The notes beneath the pieces were generated by a model. The model was not told the DNA's origin, did no database searches, and was given only the letters and a program-made list of their open reading frames with translations. 64,000 nucleotides of DNA from Azolla caroliniana. Taxonomy: Eukaryota > Plantae > Polypodiophyta. This document shows positions 25,650 through 37,868 of the stretch, piece after piece; position 1 is the stretch's first letter; each line of letters begins with the position of its first letter. Location: contig JBHGNT010000004.1 of NCBI GenBank assembly GCA_043228905.1, positions 15,376,001 to 15,440,000 of the forward strand. The letters are read 5' to 3'. A program made the position numbers and the translations under genes.

Positions 25650-28600
25650 AGTGTAAGGCCGAAAAGAGCAGAAAGTGCGGCATAATCGAAATGCCGGAAG
25701 CAATTCCGAACCCTCCAGAAGCAGGGGGAGTCATAACGCCGCCGGAAGCCGGCAAGAGAAGGCCGCGACGGAATGTTGGTACTGTGGCAAGAAACGCCAC
25801 AGGGAGAGCGAGTGTTGGAAGAAGAGAGCTGATTCGGACAAAGCCGAATCGAGTAGAAGAGACGCAGGAAGGCGTCAGAAATCGCACTATGCCGAAGGCT
25901 TCAAACGAGCCGGAAATGGATTGGGTCCAACCTTTGTAATGAAGCACAAGGCCAATTTGATGGCCGTGAACACCTCGACATCAAGCGAGGTGTAGTATGT
26001 TGATTCCAGAGCGTCAAATCATATGACGAGTCATGAGGAATGGTTCTCGTATTTGGAGAAACCGGAAAAGAAAGGAGTGGTCGAAACGGGAGACCACACT
26101 CCACATACCATCGAACATGTTGGAGAAGTTCCTCTCAGCCACGTCGGGCAGAAAGGGAAACTTATGAATGTGTTGCACGTCTCGACAATAACCAAGAACA
26201 TGGTGTCGGTTGGTCAGATCGTCGATCAGGGGATGCAAGTTCGATTCACGCACCTCAGGTGCTACATCAAAGAGGAAGGCCAAGTTATTGCGCAAGGGCG
26301 CCGTGAAGGGAGGATGTTCATCCTCGACACCAATCAAGCCAAAACCGCGTTGTTCGCGAAAGGACAGAAGGTCGAGTCGGACATCGACCTGTGGCACAAG
26401 CGGTTCGGCCACGTTAACTTCCCATGGCTTCGTGAAATGCAGACGAAGAACATTGTTTTTGGTTTGCCGAAATTTCGGGGTCGTAATGGCCAAGTCTGCG
26501 AAGCTTGCCAACTAGGGAAGCAGCAGCGACTTCCGTTCCCAAACGAACGTAATCGGAGTCGAAATCTGCCCGACTTAATCCATTCGGATGTATGGGGACC
26601 GGCACAGAACGTGAGTCTCGATGGAAGCCGTTACTTCGTAACCTTCATCGATGACTTCACTCGGCACACCTGGGCATGCTTGATCGCGAAAAAGAGCGAA
26701 GTCTTCGTGTGGTTCTTGAAGGTGAAGAACCTTGTGGAAAGGGAAACTGGGCGTAAGATCAAGTGCCTACGGTCCGATGGCAGGAAGGAGTACTTCTCCG
26801 ACCAGTTCACGAGTTATCTATAGAAGGAGGGAATTCTATTCGAATTCTCGTGTAGATATACGTCGGAGCAGAACGACGTATCCGAGTGGAAGAATTGGAT
26901 AATCGAAGAAGCGGTCAGGGCAATGCTTGAAGAGAAGCATATGCCGTAAGGACAATTGTTTATTTGCAGAATCAAATTTCTACTAATGGAGGAGTGTTGC
27001 CACACGAGTTTTATTTCAGAAAGAAGCCGAACTTGGCATACTTGAGGATTTTCGGCAACATTGCGTATGTGCATGTGCCGAAGGAGAAGAGGAGGAAGTT
27101 CAATGCCAAAGCCGAGAAGTGTATCTTGGTCGGCTATTCAGACGAGCAGAAGGGGTATAAGTGCTATAAACCCCGAACAAAGGAAGTTCGCGTAAGCCGA
27201 GATGTCGTATTCGATGAGTCCGCTTCATGGTACTTGCATTCACCCCCAATACCTCATGACTCCATTCCGAATTCTGAAGAAGAGATCAGTGAGGCCGAGT
27301 TGCCTCCACGTGATGAGGAAATCGGAGCTCTAACACAAAGTCCGATCTCATTTCGGCTAAGCGGGCCAAATGAGGAGTGGGCTGAGATGGCCAACCAAAT
27401 GAAGAGCCGGCGAGTAGTGGAGACTCAGCAGTGTTGTCCCCACGTAAAGAACCGAGGAGACGGTTTACGCGTTGTCGTGAAAAATCCGTCACTACGTGCA
27501 GATCGTGAGGCGGAACTGCCGGGGTCCTGGACCAGAAGGATTCGAAGTTTGCACTAGCTTTAACGAGAAAGGGTTTAAGATAGATTGAGGGAGATTGAGA
27601 TTAAACCCTTGACTTTATATTTGAGAGACAAGATACATCACCATTAGGGTAACTTGTTATTATTATTATTATTATTAATTTCTTCCCCAATTTTTTCATT
27701 AGTCCCTACTTGTTTGATTCCTCCATTCTTTTATAAATGCCCCCATGTGTATGATGCATATGAGGGTACAAGGCATGCATGTAATGCATGAAATGCATGC
27801 GATGCATGTTTGCCATGTCACTCATCCAAGCTCTCATGTATGAGATTTTACATATCAAAACTATAATAAAAGTATAACTCTAAAGTCATGACTTAGCTTA
27901 GTGGTAAGTCATTTGTCTCTTATGGAGGAGGTGCAAGGTTCAATTCTTACTTACACCCCCATAAACACAAAATTTTACAAGGCTTTAGTCTTGTATTTAC
28001 AAATGTTTAACTGCATATTACACCTTCAGTTGACCTTCGATGGAACAGTTAGACAATTTTGTTCGTTTCACACCGAAAGATCTTCAAGACACCGTGCATC
28101 GCGATCAACCTATTCGACCGACCCGACCGATCCGTCTGTCCAGTCCCATATGTCTATTACGGTTCCTGTTCCAACCATCTGGTCTAGTGTCGTCCGTCCA
28201 TCCAGTCTGGTTTCGTCGTGCGGTCTGGTGTGATCCGAATTCGTCCAAAACACTATTTGAATAACTTGGACGCATCCATTCGTCCAAGTTATACAACACA
28301 AGCTTTTTGTGCTCCTAACACATAGATAAAATATATAAAGATATGGCTCTACTTATATACTCTTGAATCCTGATGTTGTCCTATCTATGTGGGATATCTT
28401 ACAGTTTTGTTTTCCTCTTCTTCTCAAACTTTACACTCACATAACTTGACACTAAGTTGTTTGTTTCACATGTAGTAAAATGCATTCAGAAGCTCTTGAA
28501 GACATCCATCTTTTCGTACCAAGATATTCAACTAATATAAAATAGTATCTTCACTATTATTGTTTCATATTGTGTGTGAAGAACTACACTCGATTTTGTA

Positions 28601-31290
28601 CATTCCATGCAAATTTCACACCGTTGTCGAAAATCTTCACGACAACGTAAAGAAAAAGGGAAGAAGAAAATGTCAAAATATGATTTCGGTAGTGCCGAGT
28701 TAGATTAGAGCGAAACTGACTTCGGGCCAATCGAGAAGGAACCTTCGCGGAAGGGGTCAAAATCAACCGAAAAGGTTGTGAAATCGGGTAATCACGAATT
28801 ACGTTGATCCACCCGCTTGAAGAATCTCGTAAAGAGGTACGGGTACAATGAATACATGGCGCACCATTACGCGTACATGACACGAGTGGCGAAAGTGCGT
28901 GAGCCGAAGAGCTACCCAGAAGCAACGGAAAACGCAAACTAGTGTGCCACGATGGAGGAAGAGATGCGTGCATTATCAGACAACGAGACTTGGGACCTAG
29001 TTGACGCACCTAAAGGTGTTAAGCCGATTGGATGCAGATGGGTGTTTAAAGTGAAATACAACACCAACAACTCGATCAACCGATATAAGGCCCGTTTGGT
29101 TGCAAAAGGCTACGCGTAGAAGCACGATGTCAATTACGACAAGACCTTCACACCTTATGCGAAGATGACTACCGTGCAAGTTCTGCTAGCCGTAGTTGCG
29201 GCGAAGGGGTGGCATCTACATCAGATGGATGTAAAGAATGCGTTCCTACAAGGTGATCTTGAGGAACAAGTGTACATGGTACAACCCCCCGGATTTCTAT
29301 CCGAATAGAACACTTCGGCAATCTACCGATTGAAGAAGGCATTATATGGCCTTAAGCAACCCCGCGAGCTTGGAACACAAAGATTTTGCAACGGTTGCGT
29401 AGAATGGGGTTTACAACGTCCAAATCAGACTCCTCGTTGTTTGTTCGGCAAGGTCGACATGGACCGTTTTGTCTTTTACTTTATGTTGATGATTTAGTCT
29501 TTGCCAATGCTGGCTTGGAAGAAATCGACCGTGTAAAGTCTCAGCTTGCGGCATCGTTCGAAATGAAGGATCTTGGAGATCTTCATTACTTCCTCAGGAT
29601 CGAAGTGATCCGTTCCCCTGAAGGCATCTTGATCAGTTAGTGTTATTATGCGCTAAATATGCTCTTCAAGTTCAGGATGGCAGATTGTAAGCCCATCTCG
29701 ACCCCTCTGGATAGAAACATAAAGCTTCGCCAAGATTCGGGAAATGCGTGCGACCCGACACGGTTTCAATAGATTGTCGGAAGCCTCATCTACTTGACGA
29801 TCACTCGGTCGGACCTCAACTATCCGGTCAGAATGATCAGTCAATTTATGTTGCAGCCCACGACCAAACACCTTCAGTGCACGCAAAGGATATTACGATA
29901 TGTCAGCGGCACTAAAGACATGTCGTTGTTGTATCATGCAGACGTAGCCGAGCAGTTAGTTGACTACACGGATGCCGATTGGGCCGGAAATGCCCACAAT
30001 CGTAGATCCACATCCGGATATGCATTCTCATTGGGAAGTGTGGCGATTGCATGGAGCAGTAAGGAGCAGCCGACAGTAGCACTGTCGAGCACTGAGGGCG
30101 AATATCAAGGGGCGACTGTCGCTACGTGCGAAGTCATTTGGCTGAAACGGTTATTACGAGATTTGCACGTAGAGGTGTCCTATCCAATGACGATCTACTG
30201 CAACAACCTCAACATCATCCACCTTGCGAAAAACCCTATATTCCACACTCGAACCAAGCACATTGAGGTGCACTACCATTTTGTCTGTGAGTGTGTCCAT
30301 TCTGGTGAAGTCGAATTGGCGTATGTTCCAACGGGTTCGGCAAATTACTGACATCTTCACCAAGCCCCTTGGTTTCGACAAGTTACGACATTTCTCGGTT
30401 GATCTGGGTTTGCGGCACCTCAACACACCAAACTTGAGGGGGAGACAAGAACAGGAACAGGAGTGTGAAAGGAGTGGTAGTAACCACGATGTTGAATCGG
30501 ATGAAGAATTCGATTTCGGATCAGCTGAAGAAGCCGAAGAAGAAAACAAGGGTCATAATCGCAAGGAAGAGCCGAAGACAGCCAAACAAAGGGGAAACAA
30601 AGCCAAGAAAGGCATAAAGGCCAAGACTAAGACATGGTCGGATGTAGTTAAGGGCCTGAAGACAGAAGACGAATTGGAGACAACCAATTTGTGTGAAAGC
30701 GGGAATGAATCGAAAATGTTCGATTCGGATACGCCAAATCAACTGAGGGCCAAGCGGAGAAAAGGGTAGTGAAAGTGGCACCAACACCGCGATAGCAAGG
30801 GAGTTGAGAAAGGTCGCATGAGCAGACAAGCCGACCAGAAGGGTCGAAGCGCGCGGAATTGAACAGGTCGAGGAGCGCGAGCGAGGCATGAAGCCAGGAG
30901 AGGCCGGAGCAAAAATCTGGAAAACCATATGGAACCTCAAGTTGAGCTTGAGGGGGAATGTTGAGAGACAAGCTCAACATTGGGAGCGTAAACGGGTACG
31001 TAACCCAGTACGTAAACTGGGTGCGTAAAACCGTGAGCAAAATATGGTCGTAGTGGTATGTAAACCTAGAGGGCGTTAGAATGTTATTCCTCGTAAGGAA
31101 TAATTTTGGGGGTAAGAGTAGGATGCTCATTTATGAGTAGTCAGGTACTGTAAGTACTTGTGTCAGCCCGATAGTCAGGGCTTGTATAAAAGGTGCTCTC
31201 TAAGCACTAAGTATGTACATAGAATTATTTTTGAATATAGTTATGTTTTCTGCCCTCTCTCTTCTTCTTCTTTTTCGTAAATCAATGTTT
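25650..31290 (+). mobile_element. 5'-truncated Ty1/copia ('family X' copy 1) with a solo-LTR insertion
   Basis: CWYCGKKRH.ESEC zinc knuckle, LWHKRFGH, HSDVWGP, RT and RNase H fragments; 3' LTR starts 30959 after PPT; homologous to 41100-52296. Confidence 0.9.
27473..28644 (-). mobile_element. Solo LTR of a Gypsy family related to 37869-56170
   Basis: TGTCGTGA...TCACGACA termini; 4-bp TSD GCGT/ACGT restoring the host RRxTRKEKGKK frame; shares the CATG-rich and tRNA-like blocks with the Gypsy LTRs; strand inferred from that homology. Confidence 0.85.
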
Positions 31291-31299
31291 GTTATTAAA

Positions 31300-31936
31300 A
31301 CAAAATGATAATACACCCCTTGCTATCTTCACTACTTCATAAATAGTGATAGTGCAAGGGAAACCCTCTCAAGTGTTGTAAAACTAGATGACATAAGTCT
31401 ATCTCCTCTTGGGACAAGATCCCCATACAACATAGTTGTGAAAGTTGCCAAATCAATTTCCCTTTCGTCCTATGGATTTGTTGTGTTATCCCATGAAGTC
31501 CATCAAACAAGAACTCATTTCTCATGGTCCAATTAAACCACATCCCCCAATATCTAAGGTAATAAAAAACCACCTTATATGATGGTGTGGGCATAACTTT
31601 ATCCTCATCCATAAAAACCCATTTATAAGGTGACAAAATATTCCCTATTATCTATGCCCAAATTTTTGACATAATCGCCCAAATGGCCTTAGCAACCGAA
31701 CATGTAATGAACCTATGTCTGACATCTTCTTCAAACATCGTACAGAAAAAACATGTCCCATTTGAAATATGTCTTTGTTTTATGGCCATCGCCAAAGGCA
31801 ACCCACCAACTATGGCACACCAAAGAAACACCTTTGCACGGAATGGAAGATGAGACTGCCACCTTGCATCTAAAACTCTACGCCACCACTTTACATTTCT
31901 AGTAATGCTCCATGTATCCAACACCTTATTTTCTAA

Positions 31937-31940
<4 letters not shown>
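31300..31940 (-). mobile_element. L1-type LINE 3' fragment (zf-RVT)
   Basis: WQSHLPFRAKVFLW...CFFC..FEEDVRHRFITCSVAKAIW and WFNWTMRNEFLF. Confidence 0.8.
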
Positions 31941-31941
<1 letters not shown>

Positions 31942-31974
<33 letters not shown>

Positions 31975-33095
31975 TGTCTCTCCCTCTCCTTCTTTGTGAT
32001 TTCTGTGTTTTATCGAACTGTCGTAATTCCGAACCGTGTACTCACTGTCTTACGCATAAGCTTCCGCACACGTATTCTTTTACATCAACCATGTCATGAC
32101 TAAGTCAACTATCAGGTCGACTATCACTCCCCCTCAAGCTTGGCAAGGCATAGGTCGAAAGACCAAGCTCGGTCGCAAATTGTTGAAGCTTGTCAGTCCC
32201 CAAGGCTTTCATGAAGATGTCGGTTGTTTGAAGATTGGTGCTGATGTGCTGAAGGTCGACATCCCTTGCAAGGACATGTTCTTGGATGAAGTGGTAGTGC
32301 ACCTCAATGTGCTTTGTCCAAGCATGAAAGACAGGGTTTTGAGCAAGATGGATACTGTTGAGATTGTCGCAGTAGAGCAAGATTGGATCGTTGATGGAGA
32401 CGTCCAAATCCTTATCCTTTTGAGCCATATGGCTTCACATGCAGCCACTGCCACGCCCCTGTATTCGGCCTCTATGCTCGAAAGAGCGACAGTCGGTTGT
32501 TATTTACTGCTCCATGATATTGCTCCGCTGCCGAGGGAGAAAATAAATCCGGAGGTTGATTGTTTATCAGCCTTATAGCTGGCCCAATCGGCATATGTGT
32601 ACCCTTCGAGTTAAATTGGCGTAGCCAATTTGTAGAGAATGTCATAGTCCATTGTTCCACTCACATATCGTAACACTCGCTTAACACAATCCAAATGAAT
32701 ATCTCGTGGAGTTTGCATGAATTGAATAAGGAGGCCTACCTGATAGTTGAGGCCGGGTCGAGGTGATAGTGAGGTAGATAAGACTACCAACAAGTTGTCA
32801 ATAGTGTGTCGGCTCACACTCTATGGTGTTGGAGTTGGCATCCAGTTTGAGGTTTCAGTCAAGATAGGTTGCCACAGATTTGCACTCAGTCATCCCGAAC
32901 TTGTATAACAAGTTGAGGACGTAGTGCCATTGGGAGATCATAATGCCAACTGGAGTCCAAATTACTTCAATACCTAGGCTGTAATGAAGCTCTTTCATTT
33001 CTGTCATCTCAAATTTGTCGGAGAGGAGGGACTTGACCTTGTTGATGTCAACTAGATGCTCCTTGCCAATGACCGAATCATCCATGTAGAGGATT
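31942..33095 (-). mobile_element. Decayed copia RT/RNase H with PPT and LTR remnant including (CT)n
   Basis: [40 protein letters not shown]...LPSLRGS. Confidence 0.8.
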
Positions 33096-35256
33096 GTTAA
33101 TAATTTGGTAATTAACTAGGGTTAATTCGTCACTAATTATGTGAGTAGTTAAGCAGCGGAACGTTATGTGATATGTGTGTGTATGTGAGTGAGAGGAAGA
33201 GAGAGAGATAGATACACTTATGAACAATAATATAAATGGGGGATGATTAACGAGAGTGTATATTAAAAAGCATCATCCAATACAAAAATACCCACAATGA
33301 GGTATATATACATCTCATGTGCAAATGTGCACATGTGTGAGTAGAATATAGGTACAAAGGTGTAAGTCCTATATTAAATGAACATGGGAGTGGAGGATCT
33401 ACAATGTATCCCACTCAAGTACAAAATTCTATTTGAGGCTTTAAGGTCAACACACTAACTAGATTCTATCTAGGTAACTACTAAGTTATTTGTGTTGACT
33501 AACTAACTAAATCTAGTTGAGCTTGATATCTCAACAAGGATGAAAAAAATCGGGCTTCTGGAATCGCTTCTTGTTGGCCACCTTGGACGGCCAAGTGGGA
33601 AAGGTCACGAAGTTGAAAAGATAAAAGGATGATTACGGCAAGTGAAGAAAACGGATGGGGGCGTAGCGTAGTGAAGAGGAAGTAACAACCGTAGCTTAGG
33701 GCCAACCAGAGTGTAGTTAAGGAAAGTAATGGTTCACGCGCTGAGCGTAATCGTCCATGACCTTGTATATAAAGGGCATGGAAGACTTGTAAAGAGCTAG
33801 TGATAATTTTGTATTCAACATCTGAAATATAGTTTTTGATTGCTTCACTCTCTGTGTTCTCGTAGCTATTCGATCTATTCGTGTCGAGTTTATCTTCTCT
33901 GTGTTGAGCCATATACGCTGTGTGTGCTAGTGTGTAAGGAGTCGGTTGTGGCCGTCTTCTTAGTCTTCATGGTTAAATCAACACTTACAAGTCTAGGTTA
34001 TAGTCAACTGTATCACGATTACTACTTACTCTCCTATTCTTGAACCATGACTCCCTTGAAGTTGAACCCCGAAGAACTGGGGATTCGACGCAGTGTGTCA
34101 CCTTAACCAATAACACTTTTGGCACACCCAGAGATTTGTGACAAGCACAACTGAACATTAGGGAATGGATGTTGTCTAGTCGTAGAGGCAACAAAGAAGC
34201 CAATCGCAGAGCTAAACCCCAGACTCGGGCAAAATCCCGAAAGGCGGCGGAACTTGCCATGGAAAAGCCACGCCTCGACACACGCGTACCGGATCTCGAT
34301 GAAAGCGTGTTCGAGTCCTCGCTCACCGAGCAGAGCACGAGTGGTCAGGAGGTTCTTCTCCCCACTGCACCCGGTTATTAAAAGCACTAGTAGCACTTGT
34401 GAGACAAACCTCCCACCACTTCCGACTGAACCCGCCTACGACAACTTTAGACGATATACGTGCACAACCATGGCCTTCTCTTATCCTTATTACAATGGTG
34501 AACTCGATGCCGAGGCTCACGCACAATCTTTTCTTAACGTCTAGAATGCAAACCATGCGGCTACCAGAGGTCGATGCCAACGTCTCTAAGATCGCGGAGT
34601 TCGGGCTTACTCTCGATGGACAAGCAATGCGGTGGCATTTGCAGCTCGATCTCTCGACTTTCACGACGTTCGATCAGCTTTGCATTGCATTCCTTCGACT
34701 GTTTCATTGGAGTATCCCGCAACACAAAATCATTGGTCAATTCTACTCTATCCGGTAGTTCAACCAGGAATTATTCGCCGATTTCGTCATCCGGTTCTAG
34801 AACTTACGAAGCTAGCTCACGCGGGCACCCACCGAGGATGAGGCTAAGGAAACTTTCCTCGCCGCTTTGTGCCATCCGCTGCAACACGCGGGCTGACTAC
34901 CATATTTGCCATTCTCGGGCACATACAATCAACCAATGCGAGTACAACCTTTTAAATCGACCCTTGATGCCGGTTCGGCGTATCGAACCACAAAGTAACA
35001 ATTGGTAGCCCAACAATCGATTTTGACAGGACGAGCGTTATCGAAACGCGGACTGGAATCGGCGTAATGACGAAAATGACCGAGATAGTTGAGATGATGA
35101 TCAATATTGGGACGATGATGATCAAGAGGAAGATGACTATCGTCCGAACGACCGGTTTAACAACCACGGGGGGTGACACTACGAGAATTGACGCTCCACG
35201 AATAACCGAGGTTGGCAAGCCGAAACATGATGTACGAAAGGGATAGACAACCATGT

Positions 35257-36382
35257 TGTCGTGAAGATCCGTCACTATGCGCGGATCGTGAGGCGGAACC
35301 GTCGGGGTTCTGGACCGGAAGGATTCAAAGTCGGTACAAGCTTTTCGCGCAAGCTTTAGCAAGAAAGTACTTAAGATAGATTGGGAAAGAGAGAAGTTGA
35401 GATTCAACGATTGAGAGAGATTGATTGAACTTTTATCTTTAGATTTAAGAAACAAGTTACACAATCAGTTTGATAACGAATTTCTTCTTCTTAATTTCAT
35501 CACAAAAAAGAAACGTTTTTTCTCCTCCCCCTTCCTTCTTTTATAGATGCTCTCATGCATATGATGCATGTGAGGGTACAAGACATGCATAAAATGCATG
35601 CTTGCCATTTGGCGCTTATGTATTACATGTGGTGCATGATAACCATGTCACTCATTTTAGCTCTCATGTATGAGAATTTACACATAAAAGTACAATGATA
35701 GAAATATAAATTCAACTAAATGGCATGGCTTAATGGTAAGCCAATTGACTCCTAACTCGGAGGTGCAAGGTTCGAATCCTTACTTGCCCTCCTTGTATAT
35801 GTATATATGTATATATATTTATATATTTATTTATATAGTCGCCGGACTCCGGTTCGTCGGATGCCGTCGGTTACCGGTGCCTCGCCGGATGCCGTCGTCT
35901 CACCAGCGCCGGATGCCACCGCCTCGCCGTCGCCGGATTGCCGTCGGATGTCGGTGTCTCACTGGCGCCGGATGCCACCGACTCCATCGCCGGTCCGGTT
36001 TTGGTTGGCCAAAACCCTTTACGAGTAGCTAGCCCACCTCCACTCTTAGTTCAAGTTACCTTGAACTCTCTATGCTCCACACATAGACACAAAGATAATA
36101 TCTTTTGCTCTACCTTATATTTGATGAGAGCCGTATTTGTCGTGCCTATGTGGGATATCTCACAATTTTCTCTTTTCCTTTCACAAACTTTATACCCTCA
36201 TTTCTTGACATTTAGTTGTCCGTTTCACGTGTAATAAAGTGCATTCGAAACCTCCATCATTTTGTACTTAGATATTAAATTTATTTAAAATGTTATCTTC
36301 ACAATTATTGTATTATGTGATTCATACTCGATTTTGTACGTTTTATGGGATTTTCACACTATTACCGAAAATCTTCACGACA
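35257..36382 (-). mobile_element. Solo LTR, same family as 27473-28644
   Basis: TGTCGTGAAGA...TCTTCACGACA; TSD ATGT/ACGT; collinear with 27473-28644 except for the central cassette. Confidence 0.85.
35719..35790 (+). promoter_or_regulatory. tRNA-like Pol III type-2 promoter module inside an LTR
   Basis: A box TGGCTTAATGG 35726-35736; B box GGTTCGAATCC 35769-35779; D-arm GGCTT/AAGCC and T-arm AAGG/CCTT pair; no good acceptor or anticodon stem. Confidence 0.7.
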
Positions 36383-36868
36383 ACGTAACCATTCGTCCCG
36401 CGACAATAGTTCGGAGGACGACCGACGTCATCCCTAGAATAAAAATCATTGTGATTACCTCAGGAAGCCCCAGAATACGCGATAACATCAGTATCAACAA
36501 CGACCTCGGGATGAGCCTGTGCCACCACCTGAGCTCGTCGCTCCACCCACAACAAAAAAAGGTGAGTCCATTCTACATTGTTTTATCTGTCAACAGCCAG
36601 GGCATTACGCGACTTAGTGTCCACGACACGATAAGGGCAACAGACCGGTGGTGAATACGATCACGACAGAAGTACAACAGGTGACCACTTGTAGCCAGTC
36701 AAAGGCAAGCGAGTGGGAAGTACAAGATGACATAAGAAAAGAGGCGAAAGCCTATCTAGAAAAGCCAATGAGGCCAACATTGATCGCATGCGTTAGGATG
36801 CGTTAGGACGCGGCAGTCGAGGCATCATTGTCCCATACGAAGGACACTATGACGGGTGAGGATCTGGT

Positions 36869-37302
36869 TGTCACAGACACACCAATTGTGGACTCGAACA
36901 AAGCACAGATGACTGGGTTATGAGCGACGAGCTACGAACTTGGAACTCGAAGTGACGAGGCTAGAAACTCGGGAAGTTGGGAGCGATGAGACGAGGAACT
37001 TAAGATGTTGGGAACAATACAAGAGCATAAAATAGAGATGTAAATGAAGGAGAGAAGATGGGGTTAAACGAGAATACTAGATTGATGTGTCAATGACTAG
37101 TGTGGAATCCCTTCTTCTCTCCTTGATTTACATCTTTGTTTTATGATCTTGTATTGTTCCCAACATCTTAAGTTCCTCGTCTCATCGCTCCCAACATCAT
37201 GAGTTTCTAGCCTCGTCACTTTGAGTTCCAAGTTCGTAGCCTGTCGCTCATAACCCAATCATCTGTGCTTTGTCCGAGTCCACAATTGGTGTGTCTGTGA
37301 CA
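36869..37302. repeat. Long inverted repeat (~190-bp arms, ~55-bp spacer)
   Basis: tgtcacagacacaccaattgtggactc... mirrored by ...gagtccacaattggtgtgtctgtgaca. Confidence 0.93.
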
Positions 37303-37656
37303 GTTTGAATCCCTTGAAAAGGACCAAGAAGGTTACAAGTATTTATACTGTGAGTCGAAGTACATGCAGTAGAATATTTTGGAGAATATTTGGGAGAATA
37401 TTGTAGAACCCTCTAGAACCTTCTAGTTCTAGAACTTTCTATAAACTCCTAGAACTTCAAATAGATAATCTACTAATAATCTACTAAGATATAGATAACA
37501 TGACCATATATTTGGATGTGTCGGAACACAACACCTAACTATATATGTCAAGAGGTGAAGAGTTCAAATTTTGACATGATTGTTGACATGTCTGTGACAT
37601 TATCAAAAGCGTGGTGTAGGGGTGAGCTAAAAGAGAAAACCAAAGTACGTTGAGGA

Positions 37657-37868
37657 GTGAGTGACCATGAGCAATCCTCACTAGAAATTAGAGCACGTTT
37701 GAACGTGAGCGACCATATGTGGTCCTCACCGGAGACTAGAACACCAACGGGTGTGAGAGACCATGTACGGTCCTCATCGGAGACTGGAACACCAATGTGA
37801 ATGTGAGCGACAATGTACGGTCCTCACCAGGAATTGGAACACCAACGGGCATGAGCAACCATGTAAGG
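37657..37868. repeat. 48-bp minisatellite, left part (split by the Gypsy insertion)
   Basis: Unit GTGAGCGACCATGTGCGGTCCTCACCGGAGACTGGAACACCAACGGAT, about 4.4 units. Confidence 0.92.

Larger units (their letters stand above)
33493..36868 (+). mobile_element. Tat-like Ty3/gypsy 5' remnant (putative LTR 33493-34115, PBS, decayed gag)
   Basis: TGGCACACCCAG at 34120 resembles the tRNA-Arg PBS TGGCACGCCCAG; retrotransposon gag-like KIAEFGLTLDGQAMRW...FDQLCIAFL; interrupted by a solo LTR. Confidence 0.6.

Noticed and set aside
35719-35790. Functional tRNA gene (CCT anticodon-like loop)
   Set aside because: Acceptor and anticodon stems do not pair; only the D/T arms and A/B boxes are retained, and it lies within an LTR.
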